Assembly: GCF_000284455.1 (NCBI RefSeq)
Contig: NC_017039.1
Coordinates: 3,090,001 to 3,122,000, forward strand
DNA: 32,000 nucleotides
Origin: Synechocystis sp. PCC 6803 substr. PCC-P
Lineage (GTDB): Bacteria; Cyanobacteriota; Cyanobacteriia; Cyanobacteriales; Microcystaceae
Reading direction: 5' to 3'
In this document: positions 9,648 to 19,658 of the stretch, piece by piece
How positions within the stretch are numbered: the first letter of the stretch is position 1
How the letters are laid out: each line of letters starts with the position of its first letter
Notes under the pieces: model-generated
Databases searched by the model: none
What the model was told of the DNA's origin: nothing
The model's input: only the letters and a program-made list of their open reading frames with translations
Program-made: the position numbers and the translations under genes

Positions 9648-10790
9648 TTATCTATTTCCTTTTTCAACATCATTAAGATTTCTAAACCAACCCTTACGCC
9701 AAAAAAAATAAAGCATCATCCCTCCCACTGTCAACATTACCATCCAAATCACAGGATACCCCCAATACCAGTTTAACTCTGGCATATTCCAAGGAGATTT
9801 ATCAGGATTAAAATTCATACCATAGATCCCAGCAATAAAAGTTAGCGGAATAAAGATACTAGAAATTACTGTTAGTGTTTTCATAATTTCATTCATTCGA
9901 TTACTAACAGAGGAAAGATAAATATCTGTTAGGTTAGATGCTAAATCTCGATAAGTTTCTATCATATCCAAGATTTGAATTGTGTGGTCATAACAATCCC
10001 GTAAAAATACTCGCACCTCATCAGAAATTAAATCACTGCCATCCCGAAGTAAAGAATTAATTGCATCCCGTTGGGGCCAAATAGCCCGTCTCATAATTAA
10101 TAAATCCTGTTGTAATTGATGAATCTTGGCCAATGATTTATTCGTTGGACAAGAAATAATCTCACTTTGTAAAGATTGAACTAGTTCACCATAGACTTCC
10201 ATCACAGGAAAAAAGCCATCGATAATAGCATCAATTAAAGCATAAAATAAATAATCAGCATTCTTTTGTCGAATTGCCCCTTTTTTAGTGCGAATTCTTT
10301 CCCTAACGGAAAATAAACAATCATATTTTGGTTCTTCTTGGATGGTCAACAAATAATGTTTACCCAAAATAAAACTAATTTGTTCACTGATAAAAGTTTG
10401 AGATGATTGATCCAGGGTTACCATCCGAGAAATAAAAATTAAATGGTTTTCATATTCAACTACTTTCGGACGTTGGGGGACGTTAACAATATCCTCTAAA
10501 GCAACAGGATGAAGTTTAAATACCTCACCTAATTGTTCCCAAGTTGTGTGATTCCCCAAGCCGTCAATGTTAATCCAGGATACGGATTCAGTATCAACAT
10601 AAGCTTCACAATCCAGGGGATTTTTTAACTCTATTTTTGTGGCTTGATTTTTATTGTAATCAATTAAAATTATTCTCGGTGGAGGGGCATTGGGGGAAAG
10701 ATTTAATGTTCCAGGAATACTTTCTGGTGAATTAAAATAATTGAAATGGGAAACAAGATTAGATTGTCGAAACTGAGGCTTGTTGGGCAT
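9648..10790 (-). CDS. corA: CorA-family Mg2+/Co2+ transporter
   Basis: C-terminal two-TM region with the GMN signature FIAGIYGMNFNPDKSPWNMPELNWYWGYP. Confidence 0.93.
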   Translation of the reverse strand: MPNKPQFRQSNLVSHFNYFNSPESIPGTLNLSPNAPPPRIILIDYNKNQATKIELKNPLDCEAYVDTESVSWINIDGLGNHTTWEQLGEVFKLHPVALEDIVNVPQRPKVVEYENHLIFISRMVTLDQSSQTFISEQISFILGKHYLLTIQEEPKYDCLFSVRERIRTKKGAIRQKNADYLFYALIDAIIDGFFPVMEVYGELVQSLQSEIISCPTNKSLAKIHQLQQDLLIMRRAIWPQRDAINSLLRDGSDLISDEVRVFLRDCYDHTIQILDMIETYRDLASNLTDIYLSSVSNRMNEIMKTLTVISSIFIPLTFIAGIYGMNFNPDKSPWNMPELNWYWGYPVIWMVMLTVGGMMLYFFWRKGWFRNLNDVEKGNR

Positions 10791-10897
10791 ATTCTTAGAA
10801 AAATCTTTACAATCTTACTGTTTTATTAAATTATGATGATAATCAATGGATAAATTTGACCAAATAAAAATGCCAGATTACACAATAAATTTTATCA

Positions 10898-11407
10898 TTA
10901 ATAATGAATAACCAAAGGAGTGCTTATTTCCGACCAATTAAATAACCATTTTGCATGATCAACCGCTAGATTAATGCAACCATGACTAACTGGTGTGCCA
11001 AATTTGTTATGCCAATAGGCTCCATGAATTGCGTAACCGCCGCTGTAATATTGGGCATAGGGAACATCGTCAATATCATAATCTGCTCCTCTCATCCGAT
11101 CAATGCTTCGTTTGCTTTGAATGGTAAATATACCTGGAATTGTTGGGGTACCCTTCTTTCCCGTGGAAATAATAATGGCATAGACTGGTTTGTTCCCTTC
11201 CCAAGCAATCAAACGTTGTGTGGAGAGATTAACTTCAATCCAACGTTCTTCAGACTTTTTGAGAATAGCCATTTTTTGATTGAGAGTATCCTGATAGGTC
11301 TGGGCAGAAACCATAGGGATAAATAGATCAACTCCAATCAGTTGAGTTAGGCATATTCCCGCAATCATTAATCCACTTCCCCAATATCGAACAAGGGGCC
11401 ATAACAT
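10898..11407 (-). CDS. L,D-transpeptidase (YkuD/ErfK family) with N-terminal signal/TM segment
   Basis: WIEVNLSTQRLIAWEGNKPVY...AIHGAYWHNKFGTPVSHGCINLAVDHAKWLF; catalytic SHGCINL motif. Confidence 0.93.
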   Translation of the reverse strand: MLWPLVRYWGSGLMIAGICLTQLIGVDLFIPMVSAQTYQDTLNQKMAILKKSEERWIEVNLSTQRLIAWEGNKPVYAIIISTGKKGTPTIPGIFTIQSKRSIDRMRGADYDIDDVPYAQYYSGGYAIHGAYWHNKFGTPVSHGCINLAVDHAKWLFNWSEISTPLVIHY

Positions 11408-11611
11408 GAGTAATAATCCTACTACTAATGCGTTTTGCTTCCATTTTAAGTCAATTTTTATAACATTGGCTGAAAAGTAAAAATAAATAAATTAACTTTT
11501 TGTAAATTGCAGTATCTACGGTCGCAACCTTTGGAAATTTCCTAAAATTAACTTCATAATACTGCCTTAACCCCTAGTAAGATTTCTATTTCTCACTAAT
11601 GATTAATCACT

Positions 11612-11938
11612 TCATAGACTTTTTATTAATCTAAGAAATCTTTGCCATCTAGAATAAAATGAGGAAGAAAGACTGGGAGAATACTTCTCTTTCACACAGG
11701 GTTTTCTGAATTGGATTAAGTCCGTCCCCGAACAATTTATTGCCTGCTCAATGAAAATTTGCAGGAGATTGACATCGTTCCCCACCATGGTGTCCACTGC
11801 CATAAAAAGTTGTCGCCGCAATGGAGCACGTTCCGCACTGGTCGGGGATGGGTTTGTCCAGCTTTGACGGTTTTGGTCGAGGCCATAATGTTCTTCTTCC
11901 ATAGGTAGAAAATATTGCACATCGGCAGCCATCGGCAA
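11612..11938 (-). CDS. Short hypothetical protein
   Basis: 108-aa ORF in the polA/L,D-transpeptidase intergenic region; no family recognised. Confidence 0.3.
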   Translation of the reverse strand: MPMAADVQYFLPMEEEHYGLDQNRQSWTNPSPTSAERAPLRRQLFMAVDTMVGNDVNLLQIFIEQAINCSGTDLIQFRKPCVKEKYSPSLSSSFYSRWQRFLRLIKSL

Positions 11939-11969
11939 CAGCGGTATAATCTAGCTTGCTTCTTGGTGC

Positions 11970-14930
11970 ATGTTTATGTCTGCTAAATCCCCTTTGTTAT
12001 TGTTAGTTGATGGTCATTCCCTGGCATTCCGGGCTTACTATGCCTTTGGTTTGTCTAAAAAAGGCCCTCTGCGGACAACGGCCGGCATTCCCACCAGTGT
12101 ATGTTTTGGATTTTTAAATTCCCTCATGCAGGTGATGGAGTCCCAAAAACCAGCGGCGATCGCCATTGCCTTTGACCGTCGGGAACCCACTTTTCGCCAT
12201 GAGGCCGATGGGGCTTACAAATCAAACCGCCAGGAAACCCCAGAAGATTTTGCCGAAGATTTAAGTTATCTCCAGCAATTGTTGGAAGCTCTCAATTTAC
12301 AAACCATCACCTATGCGGGCTATGAAGCCGATGACATTTTGGGCACTCTAGCTTGCCAGGGGAGTGACGCGGGTTATCAAGTTAAAATTCTCAGCGGCGA
12401 TCGGGATCTGTTTCAATTGGTTAGCCCAGAAAAAAATATTTCTGTTCTGTATTTAACCCGTAATCCCTTTTCTAGTAACACCGGCTATGACGAATTAGAT
12501 TGGCAGGGAGTGGTGGACAAAATGGGGGTAACTCCAGCCCAAATTGTTGATTTTAAAGCTCTGTGCGGCGATAAATCTGATTGCATTCCCGGTATTAATG
12601 GCATTGGTGAAAAAACGGCCATTAAGCTTTTAGCTGAGTATGAAACCTTGGAGAAAGTGTATGAAAATCTAGCGCAAATTAAAGGGGCATTGAAAACCAG
12701 GTTAGACAACGGCAAAGATGATGCGATGCATTCTCAAATGTTAGCCCGCATTGTGGTGGATGTGCCCCTACCAGTAACCTGGGAAGATTTGCAATTAACA
12801 GGATTTTCCACTGATCGCCTGGTGCCCCTGTTGGAAAAATTGGAACTCCGAACTTTTATTGACAAAATTCAAGCTTTCCACCGCAACTTTAGTGATAATC
12901 AGAGCCCAGTACCAATGGGCAATGAAGCTGACAATGGAGAACCAAAGAAAACGGTTAAGGCAAAAAAAAGCAAAGAAAAAGTTAATCCAGACGATTCTCA
13001 GCAATTATCATTGTTTGATGGCGTGCCAGTGGTTAACCAAGAAGATGGTTTAATCACCATTCAGCTACCAAAACAAATTCAGCCCCAAATTATCACCACC
13101 ATTGCCCAACTCGAAGCTTTAGTTGAGGAATTAAAAAAACATACTGATGCTGACTTTCCCGTTGCTTGGGACACGGAAACCGACAGCTTAGATCCTCTGG
13201 TGGCAAACTTAGTGGGTATTGGTTGTGCCTGGGGTCAAGAACCTAATCAAGTGGCCTATATTCCCCTAAAACATCATCAAGGAGAACAGCTATCTCTCGG
13301 CATAATTAAAGATCTTTTAGGGGAAATTCTGGGAAATGCTATTTATCCCAAAGTCTTACAAAATGCCAAGTTTGATCGACGAGTTTTGGCCCACCATGGT
13401 ATTGAGTTAGGAGGCGTAGTGTTAGACACCATGCTGGCCAGTTACGTTCTTCAACCGGAAGAAACCCATAATTTAACCGATCTTTGCCGTCGCTATAACC
13501 TTGGTTTAGTGGCCTTGAGTTATAAAGATTTAGGCTTAAAAAAAGACCAGACCATTGCTGATTTACCCCTGGAAACAGCGGGGCAATATTGCGGATTAGA
13601 TTGCTATGCCACCTATTTGTTAGCGTCAAAATTACAAAAAGAATTAGATCAATATCCTGAACTCAAAGAAATTCTTAAGGAGATCGAACAGCCTTTAGAA
13701 AAGATTTTAGCAGCGATGGAAGACCGGGGCATTCGTATTGATTGTGATTACTTACAAACTCTGTCCCAACAATTGGCCGAAAATTTACTTACCATTGAAA
13801 CAGCAGCCTATGAAGCGGCAGGGGAAAGTTTTAATCTCAGTTCTCCTAAACAATTGGGTACTATTTTATTCGATAAATTAGGCTTAGACCGGAAAAAATC
13901 TCGTAAAACAAAAACGGGCTATTCCACTGACCACGCCACCCTGGAGAAACTTCAAGGAGACCACCCCATTATTGATGCGATTCTGGAACATCGTACTTTG
14001 GCAAAATTAAAATCTACCTATGTGGATGCTTTGCCGGAATTAGTTAATGGCCAAACCCAGCGCATTCACACGGATTTTAACCAAGCTGTCACTTCCACTG
14101 GACGGTTATCTTCTTCCAATCCTAATTTGCAAAATATTCCCATTCGTTCGGATTTTTCCCGACAGATTCGGCGAGCTTTTTTACCCCAAAAAGATTGGCT
14201 TTTGGTGTCGGCGGATTACTCCCAAATTGAGTTACGCATCCTCGCCCACCTTTCCCAAGAACCGGTATTGCTACAGGCCTACGGCGATCGCCAGGATGTC
14301 CATGGGGTGACCGCTAAATTACTTTTCGGCAAAGAAGATATTACCCCGGCGGAAAGAAATCTCGGTAAAACGATTAATTTTGGCGTTATTTATGGCATGG
14401 GTGCCCAGCGCTTTGCCAGGGAAACGGGGATTTCCGCTGTGGAAGGGAGGGAATTTATTGACCGTTACCACCGCACCTATGCCCAAGTCTTTGATTACTT
14501 GGAAACTATGAAGCTAGAGGCGATCGCCAAGGGTTATGTCACCACCATTGTGGGGCGGCGGCGTTACTTTAATTTCGTTACCGAAGCTCTAAGACAACTA
14601 AGGGGAAAGACCGTGACAGAGCTAGATTTGGTGGACGTAAAAATGAATTATAACGATGCCCAACTGCTGCGGTCAGCAGCCAATGCCCCCATCCAAGGTT
14701 CCAGCGCCGATATTATTAAAATTGCCATGGTTAAGCTGGCTAAGCTATTGGAAAGTTATCAAACCCGGATGTTATTGCAAGTACACGATGAACTGATTTT
14801 TGAAATGCCGCCGGAGGAATGGGAAGAGCTAGCTCCCCTAATCCAAAACACCATGGAGCAAGCCCTTACCTTATCGGTTCCGTTGGTGGTGGAAATGCAC
14901 CGGGGTAGTAATTGGATGGAAGCGAAGTAG
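11970..14930 (+). CDS. polA: DNA polymerase I with 5' nuclease, 3'-5' exonuclease and polymerase domains
   Basis: N-term LLLVDGHSLAFRAYYAF; exo motifs WDTETDSL, NAKFDRRVLAHHG, YCGLDCYATY; polymerase motifs SADYSQIELRILAHLS, GKTINFGVIYGMGAQRFA, LLQVHDELIFE. Confidence 0.98.
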   Translation: MFMSAKSPLLLLVDGHSLAFRAYYAFGLSKKGPLRTTAGIPTSVCFGFLNSLMQVMESQKPAAIAIAFDRREPTFRHEADGAYKSNRQETPEDFAEDLSYLQQLLEALNLQTITYAGYEADDILGTLACQGSDAGYQVKILSGDRDLFQLVSPEKNISVLYLTRNPFSSNTGYDELDWQGVVDKMGVTPAQIVDFKALCGDKSDCIPGINGIGEKTAIKLLAEYETLEKVYENLAQIKGALKTRLDNGKDDAMHSQMLARIVVDVPLPVTWEDLQLTGFSTDRLVPLLEKLELRTFIDKIQAFHRNFSDNQSPVPMGNEADNGEPKKTVKAKKSKEKVNPDDSQQLSLFDGVPVVNQEDGLITIQLPKQIQPQIITTIAQLEALVEELKKHTDADFPVAWDTETDSLDPLVANLVGIGCAWGQEPNQVAYIPLKHHQGEQLSLGIIKDLLGEILGNAIYPKVLQNAKFDRRVLAHHGIELGGVVLDTMLASYVLQPEETHNLTDLCRRYNLGLVALSYKDLGLKKDQTIADLPLETAGQYCGLDCYATYLLASKLQKELDQYPELKEILKEIEQPLEKILAAMEDRGIRIDCDYLQTLSQQLAENLLTIETAAYEAAGESFNLSSPKQLGTILFDKLGLDRKKSRKTKTGYSTDHATLEKLQGDHPIIDAILEHRTLAKLKSTYVDALPELVNGQTQRIHTDFNQAVTSTGRLSSSNPNLQNIPIRSDFSRQIRRAFLPQKDWLLVSADYSQIELRILAHLSQEPVLLQAYGDRQDVHGVTAKLLFGKEDITPAERNLGKTINFGVIYGMGAQRFARETGISAVEGREFIDRYHRTYAQVFDYLETMKLEAIAKGYVTTIVGRRRYFNFVTEALRQLRGKTVTELDLVDVKMNYNDAQLLRSAANAPIQGSSADIIKIAMVKLAKLLESYQTRMLLQVHDELIFEMPPEEWEELAPLIQNTMEQALTLSVPLVVEMHRGSNWMEAK

Positions 14931-15112
14931 TTTTGTGACAAACTTTCAGCAACAACTTAATTATTCTTAAAAATTCTCCACTGCCCAAGGTAATACGAGG
15001 ATCAAAAACTGGTGTGATAATAACGACACTAGGTTTAAGCACAAGACCAAATTTGTCTCGGATCTAGCCCCTTGCCTTGAGAACAAAGAATAGTAACTAC
15101 GGCTGTTGATCT

Positions 15113-16321
15113 ATGTCCCAAAATTTTTTTGCCAATTTACCAAAGACTAGGCTTTTGGCCCGTTTAAACGATGGTTGGTTGGGCAAAGCTGTACTGGCTT
15201 TAGCCCTGGTTTTATTGATGGCTTTTCCCACCTGGGCTCTGTTAAACAACGCTATTAAAAGTAGCCTGTTGCTCGACTCCCAAATGAATGTTTACTACGC
15301 CAAATCCCTAGACCGCTACACAGGGGAATTTAGGGCTAAACACCCCATTATTCTCGGTTTATTCAGTAATGAGGGGGGAGATTTTTATCTGTATATGCCG
15401 GGTAAAACTACGCCGATCCAGGCCCCGCCAGTGCCGGTGCAATACCAAGTGGTCAAAGGAGTTTCCCATAGTTCCATGGCTATCTACGCCATTCTTCAGC
15501 CCTATTTTGCCACTGCCGACAATGCTCCCGCCGCTGGGGATGGTTGGAAAGCAGAATTGACGGCCTACCGAGCCGAACAGGCCAACACCCTGGCCCAGGC
15601 GGATCAGTTGGGACTAGAACCAGATGCTTTGACAGCGGTGAAAGAAATTTTGACCAATAACATTAGCTTTATTGACGAAACCTTGGCCGCTGGAGTGATC
15701 GATCACCAAAAGATCAATGCTTGGATTAAAGAGGTAGTGCCCCATTTCACCACCACCATCGCCACCGCCGCCACCTACCAAGTGGACCATTGGATGGAAG
15801 TTATGGCGGAATGGAAAAAAATGATCGGCGACCAGTGGGACCAAACCTTTGGGGTGACCAATACCCTTTACGTTACCCGCACCAACAATATTTTATTTAC
15901 TTTGATGGCCCAATTCTTTGGCAAGGAAGCCATCAACGATCGCCTATTACTATTTGAAACCACGGAATTCACCACCAAACCGGACACCATGTTGTCCCTG
16001 CTGACCCGCATTGTGAAAGACCGGGAATTGGGTCTAGCTTTCTTTGACGATTATTTCCTCATGGATGTGGAATTGCTCAGCACCGGGGCCCGGGAGGCGA
16101 TCGCCAGGCAGGACGGAGCCAGAGTACCCATGGCCGCGTCCCAAGGTTCCTATGCTGTGGGGCCAGCCCATGCCCGTATCCGTGCCTACGACGAAGCCAA
16201 TGGCATTACTCCCATGTTGCCCCCCCTAGCTCCCTTCCATTCCCAGGAATGGCCCTGGCGTACTGTAGCCAGTGAAGGGGAAGGCCCAGAAACTTTACAG
16301 GAAGCTTTAGACCAAAAGTAG
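15113..16321 (+). CDS. Hypothetical exported/membrane-anchored protein, 402 aa
   Basis: Long ORF with an N-terminal hydrophobic segment (AVLALALVLLMAFPTWALL), codon usage and HIP1 content like its neighbours; no family recognised. Confidence 0.75.
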   Translation: MSQNFFANLPKTRLLARLNDGWLGKAVLALALVLLMAFPTWALLNNAIKSSLLLDSQMNVYYAKSLDRYTGEFRAKHPIILGLFSNEGGDFYLYMPGKTTPIQAPPVPVQYQVVKGVSHSSMAIYAILQPYFATADNAPAAGDGWKAELTAYRAEQANTLAQADQLGLEPDALTAVKEILTNNISFIDETLAAGVIDHQKINAWIKEVVPHFTTTIATAATYQVDHWMEVMAEWKKMIGDQWDQTFGVTNTLYVTRTNNILFTLMAQFFGKEAINDRLLLFETTEFTTKPDTMLSLLTRIVKDRELGLAFFDDYFLMDVELLSTGAREAIARQDGARVPMAASQGSYAVGPAHARIRAYDEANGITPMLPPLAPFHSQEWPWRTVASEGEGPETLQEALDQK

Positions 16322-16354
16322 CGTCCTGATTAATTCCAATTGATAAGTTTAGGA

Positions 16355-16437
16355 GCACCTCGATTAATTGCCTGATTGCGAAAAATGACCCCGACATAAA
16401 GGGTTATTCTCAATAGGCACCCCTATTTTCGAGGTGC
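16355..16437. promoter_or_regulatory. Inverted repeat GCACCTCGA (16355-16363) / TCGAGGTGC (16429-16437), with inner hairpin AATAGG-CACC-CCTATT (about 16412-16427)
   Basis: Direct inspection of sequence downstream of the 15113-16321 ORF; function unknown (read-through attenuation or IS boundary possible). Confidence 0.35.
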
Positions 16438-16439
16438 TT

Positions 16440-17589
16440 CACAAGATTTATTTTTTATATCGCTCTTCTATCAGTGTAGGTGGGAAGGTAAAATAATTGG
16501 AGCAATAATAAGGTCTCCTAAAGCCATTACTGCCTTCTTCAATCTGTCAAATAAGCAATGGAAGCTTCTCAATAACTGAGGTGTATAAATCACCGTCATC
16601 CACGGCTTTAATAAATTAAAGTAACATAATGGCTGAATTATTAATCTCATGTTGTTAAGTATGTTTTTCCATCCACTTTTTTGATTCCACCAAGGATGTT
16701 TTTGTATATTCTGATAAGCTATCTCCCTAGTCTGTTTTGATTTGTTTAAGGAGTTATCATGCGGAGGCAAATTTTCTATCTGAAGACTTATCATTAAATA
16801 TACGCTCATCACTATTTCCCGCCATTTTTCTATTCTGGAATAGTCCATCATTCTAAAATCTGCTCACTCCAGTTCATTCTTTATTTGCTTTAATCCATAC
16901 TCTATCCAGTTCCTTGCTCCATATAAGTTACCCACTTCTTTATATTTTATTTCTGATACTTTTGTCATAATACAATACGTTGAATTTGACGGCATTTTCT
17001 CCTTGCTATCCGTTACTTGCCAATATCTTTTTTCCCCTCTCTTTCCATAAATAATTTCTCTCACGTATCTTATTTCCGACTTTCCACTTGCAAATTCTCT
17101 CTCAAATTTTCTCCATTTGTTCGCTCTTACTCTTTCCTCTTTCCCAAGCCAGACTCCATGATTACTCCTTATAGCTAGTACATATTCTAGATTTTCTTTT
17201 TCTAATACTCTTACAAAGTTCTCGCTGCTCTCTCCATATTCACTATCTGCTAATACTACCTTTATATTGAAACCAAGCTCTTTTATTTCTTTGATAATTT
17301 CCCCTGCTATCTCTGGTTTGCTTTTGTATTTATCCCCCTCTTTTAGTCTTGCCTCTGGTTTATATACTTTGCTGATTAATGGTACTGTCATTCCCTTTAT
17401 AATTCCATAACACATCACCTCTACTATTCCATTTTCTATTTTTCCTAGATTGCCAATATACTGACGCGCAACATAATCTGTCTTTCTTCCTTTTTTCCTA
17501 TCCCCTGTTTCGTCTATGAGCATTGTTATTGCTTCTCCTTTCGCAAAACTCAGAATTTTATTAATTCTTCTTTCCTTTACCTCCTCTAA
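16440..17589 (-). mobile_element. 5'-truncated IS701-like element (approximate left boundary)
   Basis: Transposase-like coding remnant 16471-17523, extending open to the junction with IS5-family copy C at 17589; right side ends abruptly at the IS. Confidence 0.6.
16471..17589 (-). pseudogene. IS701/DDE_5-like transposase, N-terminally truncated, with an in-frame TGA at 16864-16866
   Basis: LEEVKERRINKILSFAKGEAITMLIDETGDRKKGRKTDYVARQYIGNLGK...NWIEYGLKQIKNELE[TGA]ADFRMMDYSRIEKWREIVMSVYLM; same frame on both sides, stop falls where Trp is expected. Confidence 0.8.
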
Positions 17590-18388
17590 GAAAGTGTTTG
17601 AAAAGTTTTAAGCAAAGCCTTTGAAGCATGAGATGAACCATGGCAACATAGAGCATTGTCTCACTGGTGGTAGGTAAATATTCATAATCTTTGCTTAAAC
17701 GACGATAACGACCAAACCAAGCAAAAGTGCGCTCGACTACCCAACGGCGGGGTAGGACTTCAAAGCCTTTTTGTCCCTGCTTTTTGCTGACCACATTCAA
17801 GGTCCAACCAAAAGTATGCTCCACCCAGAAAATAAAATCCTTTCCGCCAAAGGTGCTGTCAGTCCATATAACTTGCAGGCACTGCCAAAGGGGAGCAAAC
17901 CAGGTGCCAAGTAGAATCAGACCCTGATGGTCAGAGCGATGGGCACCGACAACATCGAGAAGTAATCCCATGGTATCCACGAGGATTGTACGTTTACGAC
18001 CATTGACCTTTTTTCCACCGTCATAGCCAGTTTCTTGGCCAGTTCAAGCCTTTTTAAGTGACTGTGAATCTAAACAACCGGCACTAGGGTGAGTATTTCT
18101 TCCAGCTTTGAGCCGAACTTTCTCACGGAAGATACGGTTTAATTTTTTCCAGGTACCATCTTCGTGCCATTGCTGGAAATAACCATAGACCGTTCGCCAT
18201 TTAGGAAAATCATGGGGCAGAAGTCGCCAGGCACACCCCGTTCTGAGCATGTAAAAAATGGCATTGAGTATCTCCCTCAGACTAGTTTTCCATTTTCTTC
18301 CCCCAGTTTTTGCTTTGGGTAAATGAGGTTCTACCAATTGCCACTGGCTATCAGTGATGTCCGTGCTGTAAAATTCTCGGATTATCAT
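17561..18388 (-). pseudogene. IS5-family transposase, inactivated (copy C)
   Basis: TGA at 18044-18046 (GGCTGGAAC to GGCTTGAAC on the coding strand), loss of VH codons near 17946, and an extra A near 17614-17616 that shifts the C-terminus out through the IR. Confidence 0.92.
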
Positions 18389-18455
18389 TAATTATGGTGA
18401 AAATTTTATTCTTTTCACCATTTTCCATTCTTCACCCTACTTTTCAAACACGCTC
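17590..18455 (-). mobile_element. IS5-family insertion sequence, degenerate 866-bp copy C
   Basis: Same terminal sequences as copies A and B, TAA on both flanks (17587-17589, 18456-18458); net -5 bp relative to 871 bp (6-bp deletion, 1-bp insertion). Confidence 0.94.
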
Positions 18456-18737
18456 TAACAGAAAAATAGTAGAAAGCCTAGAATCAATACAAATTGTTAA
18501 TTGTCCATTAACTTTAGTGTGAGCAAGATTTAAAAAAAAACTATCCTTCTTTAGATCGAAGTTGAATGGAATAATGTATATTCCAAATTGATCATTTTTC
18601 CTGACATTGATGAGATTTTCATGTTTTTTGTTGATGTTAACTCCCCTCGCATTTGCTAGACGAATTAAACTACTATTTTTATCTGTGATGCTTTTAGATC
18701 GACTACCAATTCCCTTTTTGCCTGATTCATAGTCTTT

Positions 18738-19658
18738 TCAAGCTGTTGTCATTGCTTGCTCCAATTTTTCTTTTTCAACGGAATCATTAAAATGAATATT
18801 AACTAGATCATTCTCATAAGCTTTTAAATTTTGAAGAATATAGGTGAAATAAGAGCGTCCATTTTTTGCAGCAATTCTATTCTTCAGTTTTGAAAGAGAT
18901 TCCTCAGTTAATGCTGGGATTGACTCCTGTGCTAAAAAAGTTTGGCTAAAATCTAGTGGAAATTCTTGGATAGTTAATTGAGTCGTAACCGTACCATATT
19001 CAACGATAAAATTATTGACATGTAAACGATAAATAGATGCTCCAAGCTGATAAGATTGACGAAATTTAGGTATTACTTCCCATTTTTTAGCGTATTGTTT
19101 TCGCGTCTGAAACATTGAATGTATGATATCTGAAGTATTATCTTCACTGTCTGATGAAAGTTTTTTCTTGATTAAAGTTGGGTTGATGGCAATATGAATG
19201 ACTGGAGATATAGAGTTTTTGCGCTTGCCCAACACGGAATTTATTGCTTCTAGTTCCTTCGTTTGGTAATCTACTCCAATAATAAACGCAAATCCTTGAA
19301 TTTTAATTAATGTTTCTCTGAGCAATGTTTCCGTTGGTCGAAACGTTTTAGTTTTAACTTTAGATGTATTAAGTTGAGGTGTATATTTTTCAATTTCTTC
19401 TTTTTCTATTTTAGCAAGTTCAATTTCGTCAACTATTCGGTAATAAATTGAGAAATAATGATTTTTCTGTGATTCAAGTTGAAAAAAACGATGGTGACTT
19501 TTGCCTTGCCATCTGTTTCTAATATTTTTAGCTTTTCCAACATACCATACTAAATTTTGTTCGTCGACGACATAGTAAATGCCGGAAAAAATTGGTAGGT
19601 TATCTTTTGTGGCGAGTGAAACCTTTGGTAAGTTAAGTAAAAAACTATCAGCTATCAT
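18738..19658 (-). CDS. GIY-YIG nuclease family protein, probably a disrupted gene (frame continues beyond the TGA at 18738-18740)
   Basis: N-term IYYVVDEQNLVWYVGKAKNIRNRWQGKSHHRFFQLE has the GIY-YIG-like YYV...WYVGK core; 306 aa up to the stop. Confidence 0.8.
   Translation of the reverse strand: MIADSFLLNLPKVSLATKDNLPIFSGIYYVVDEQNLVWYVGKAKNIRNRWQGKSHHRFFQLESQKNHYFSIYYRIVDEIELAKIEKEEIEKYTPQLNTSKVKTKTFRPTETLLRETLIKIQGFAFIIGVDYQTKELEAINSVLGKRKNSISPVIHIAINPTLIKKKLSSDSEDNTSDIIHSMFQTRKQYAKKWEVIPKFRQSYQLGASIYRLHVNNFIVEYGTVTTQLTIQEFPLDFSQTFLAQESIPALTEESLSKLKNRIAAKNGRSYFTYILQNLKAYENDLVNIHFNDSVEKEKLEQAMTTA

Noticed and set aside
18738-18740. TGA in the GIY-YIG gene as programmed recoding or selenocysteine
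   Set aside because: No supporting stem-loop was recognised, and the region is clearly decaying (IS insertion and truncation), so a nonsense mutation is the simpler reading.
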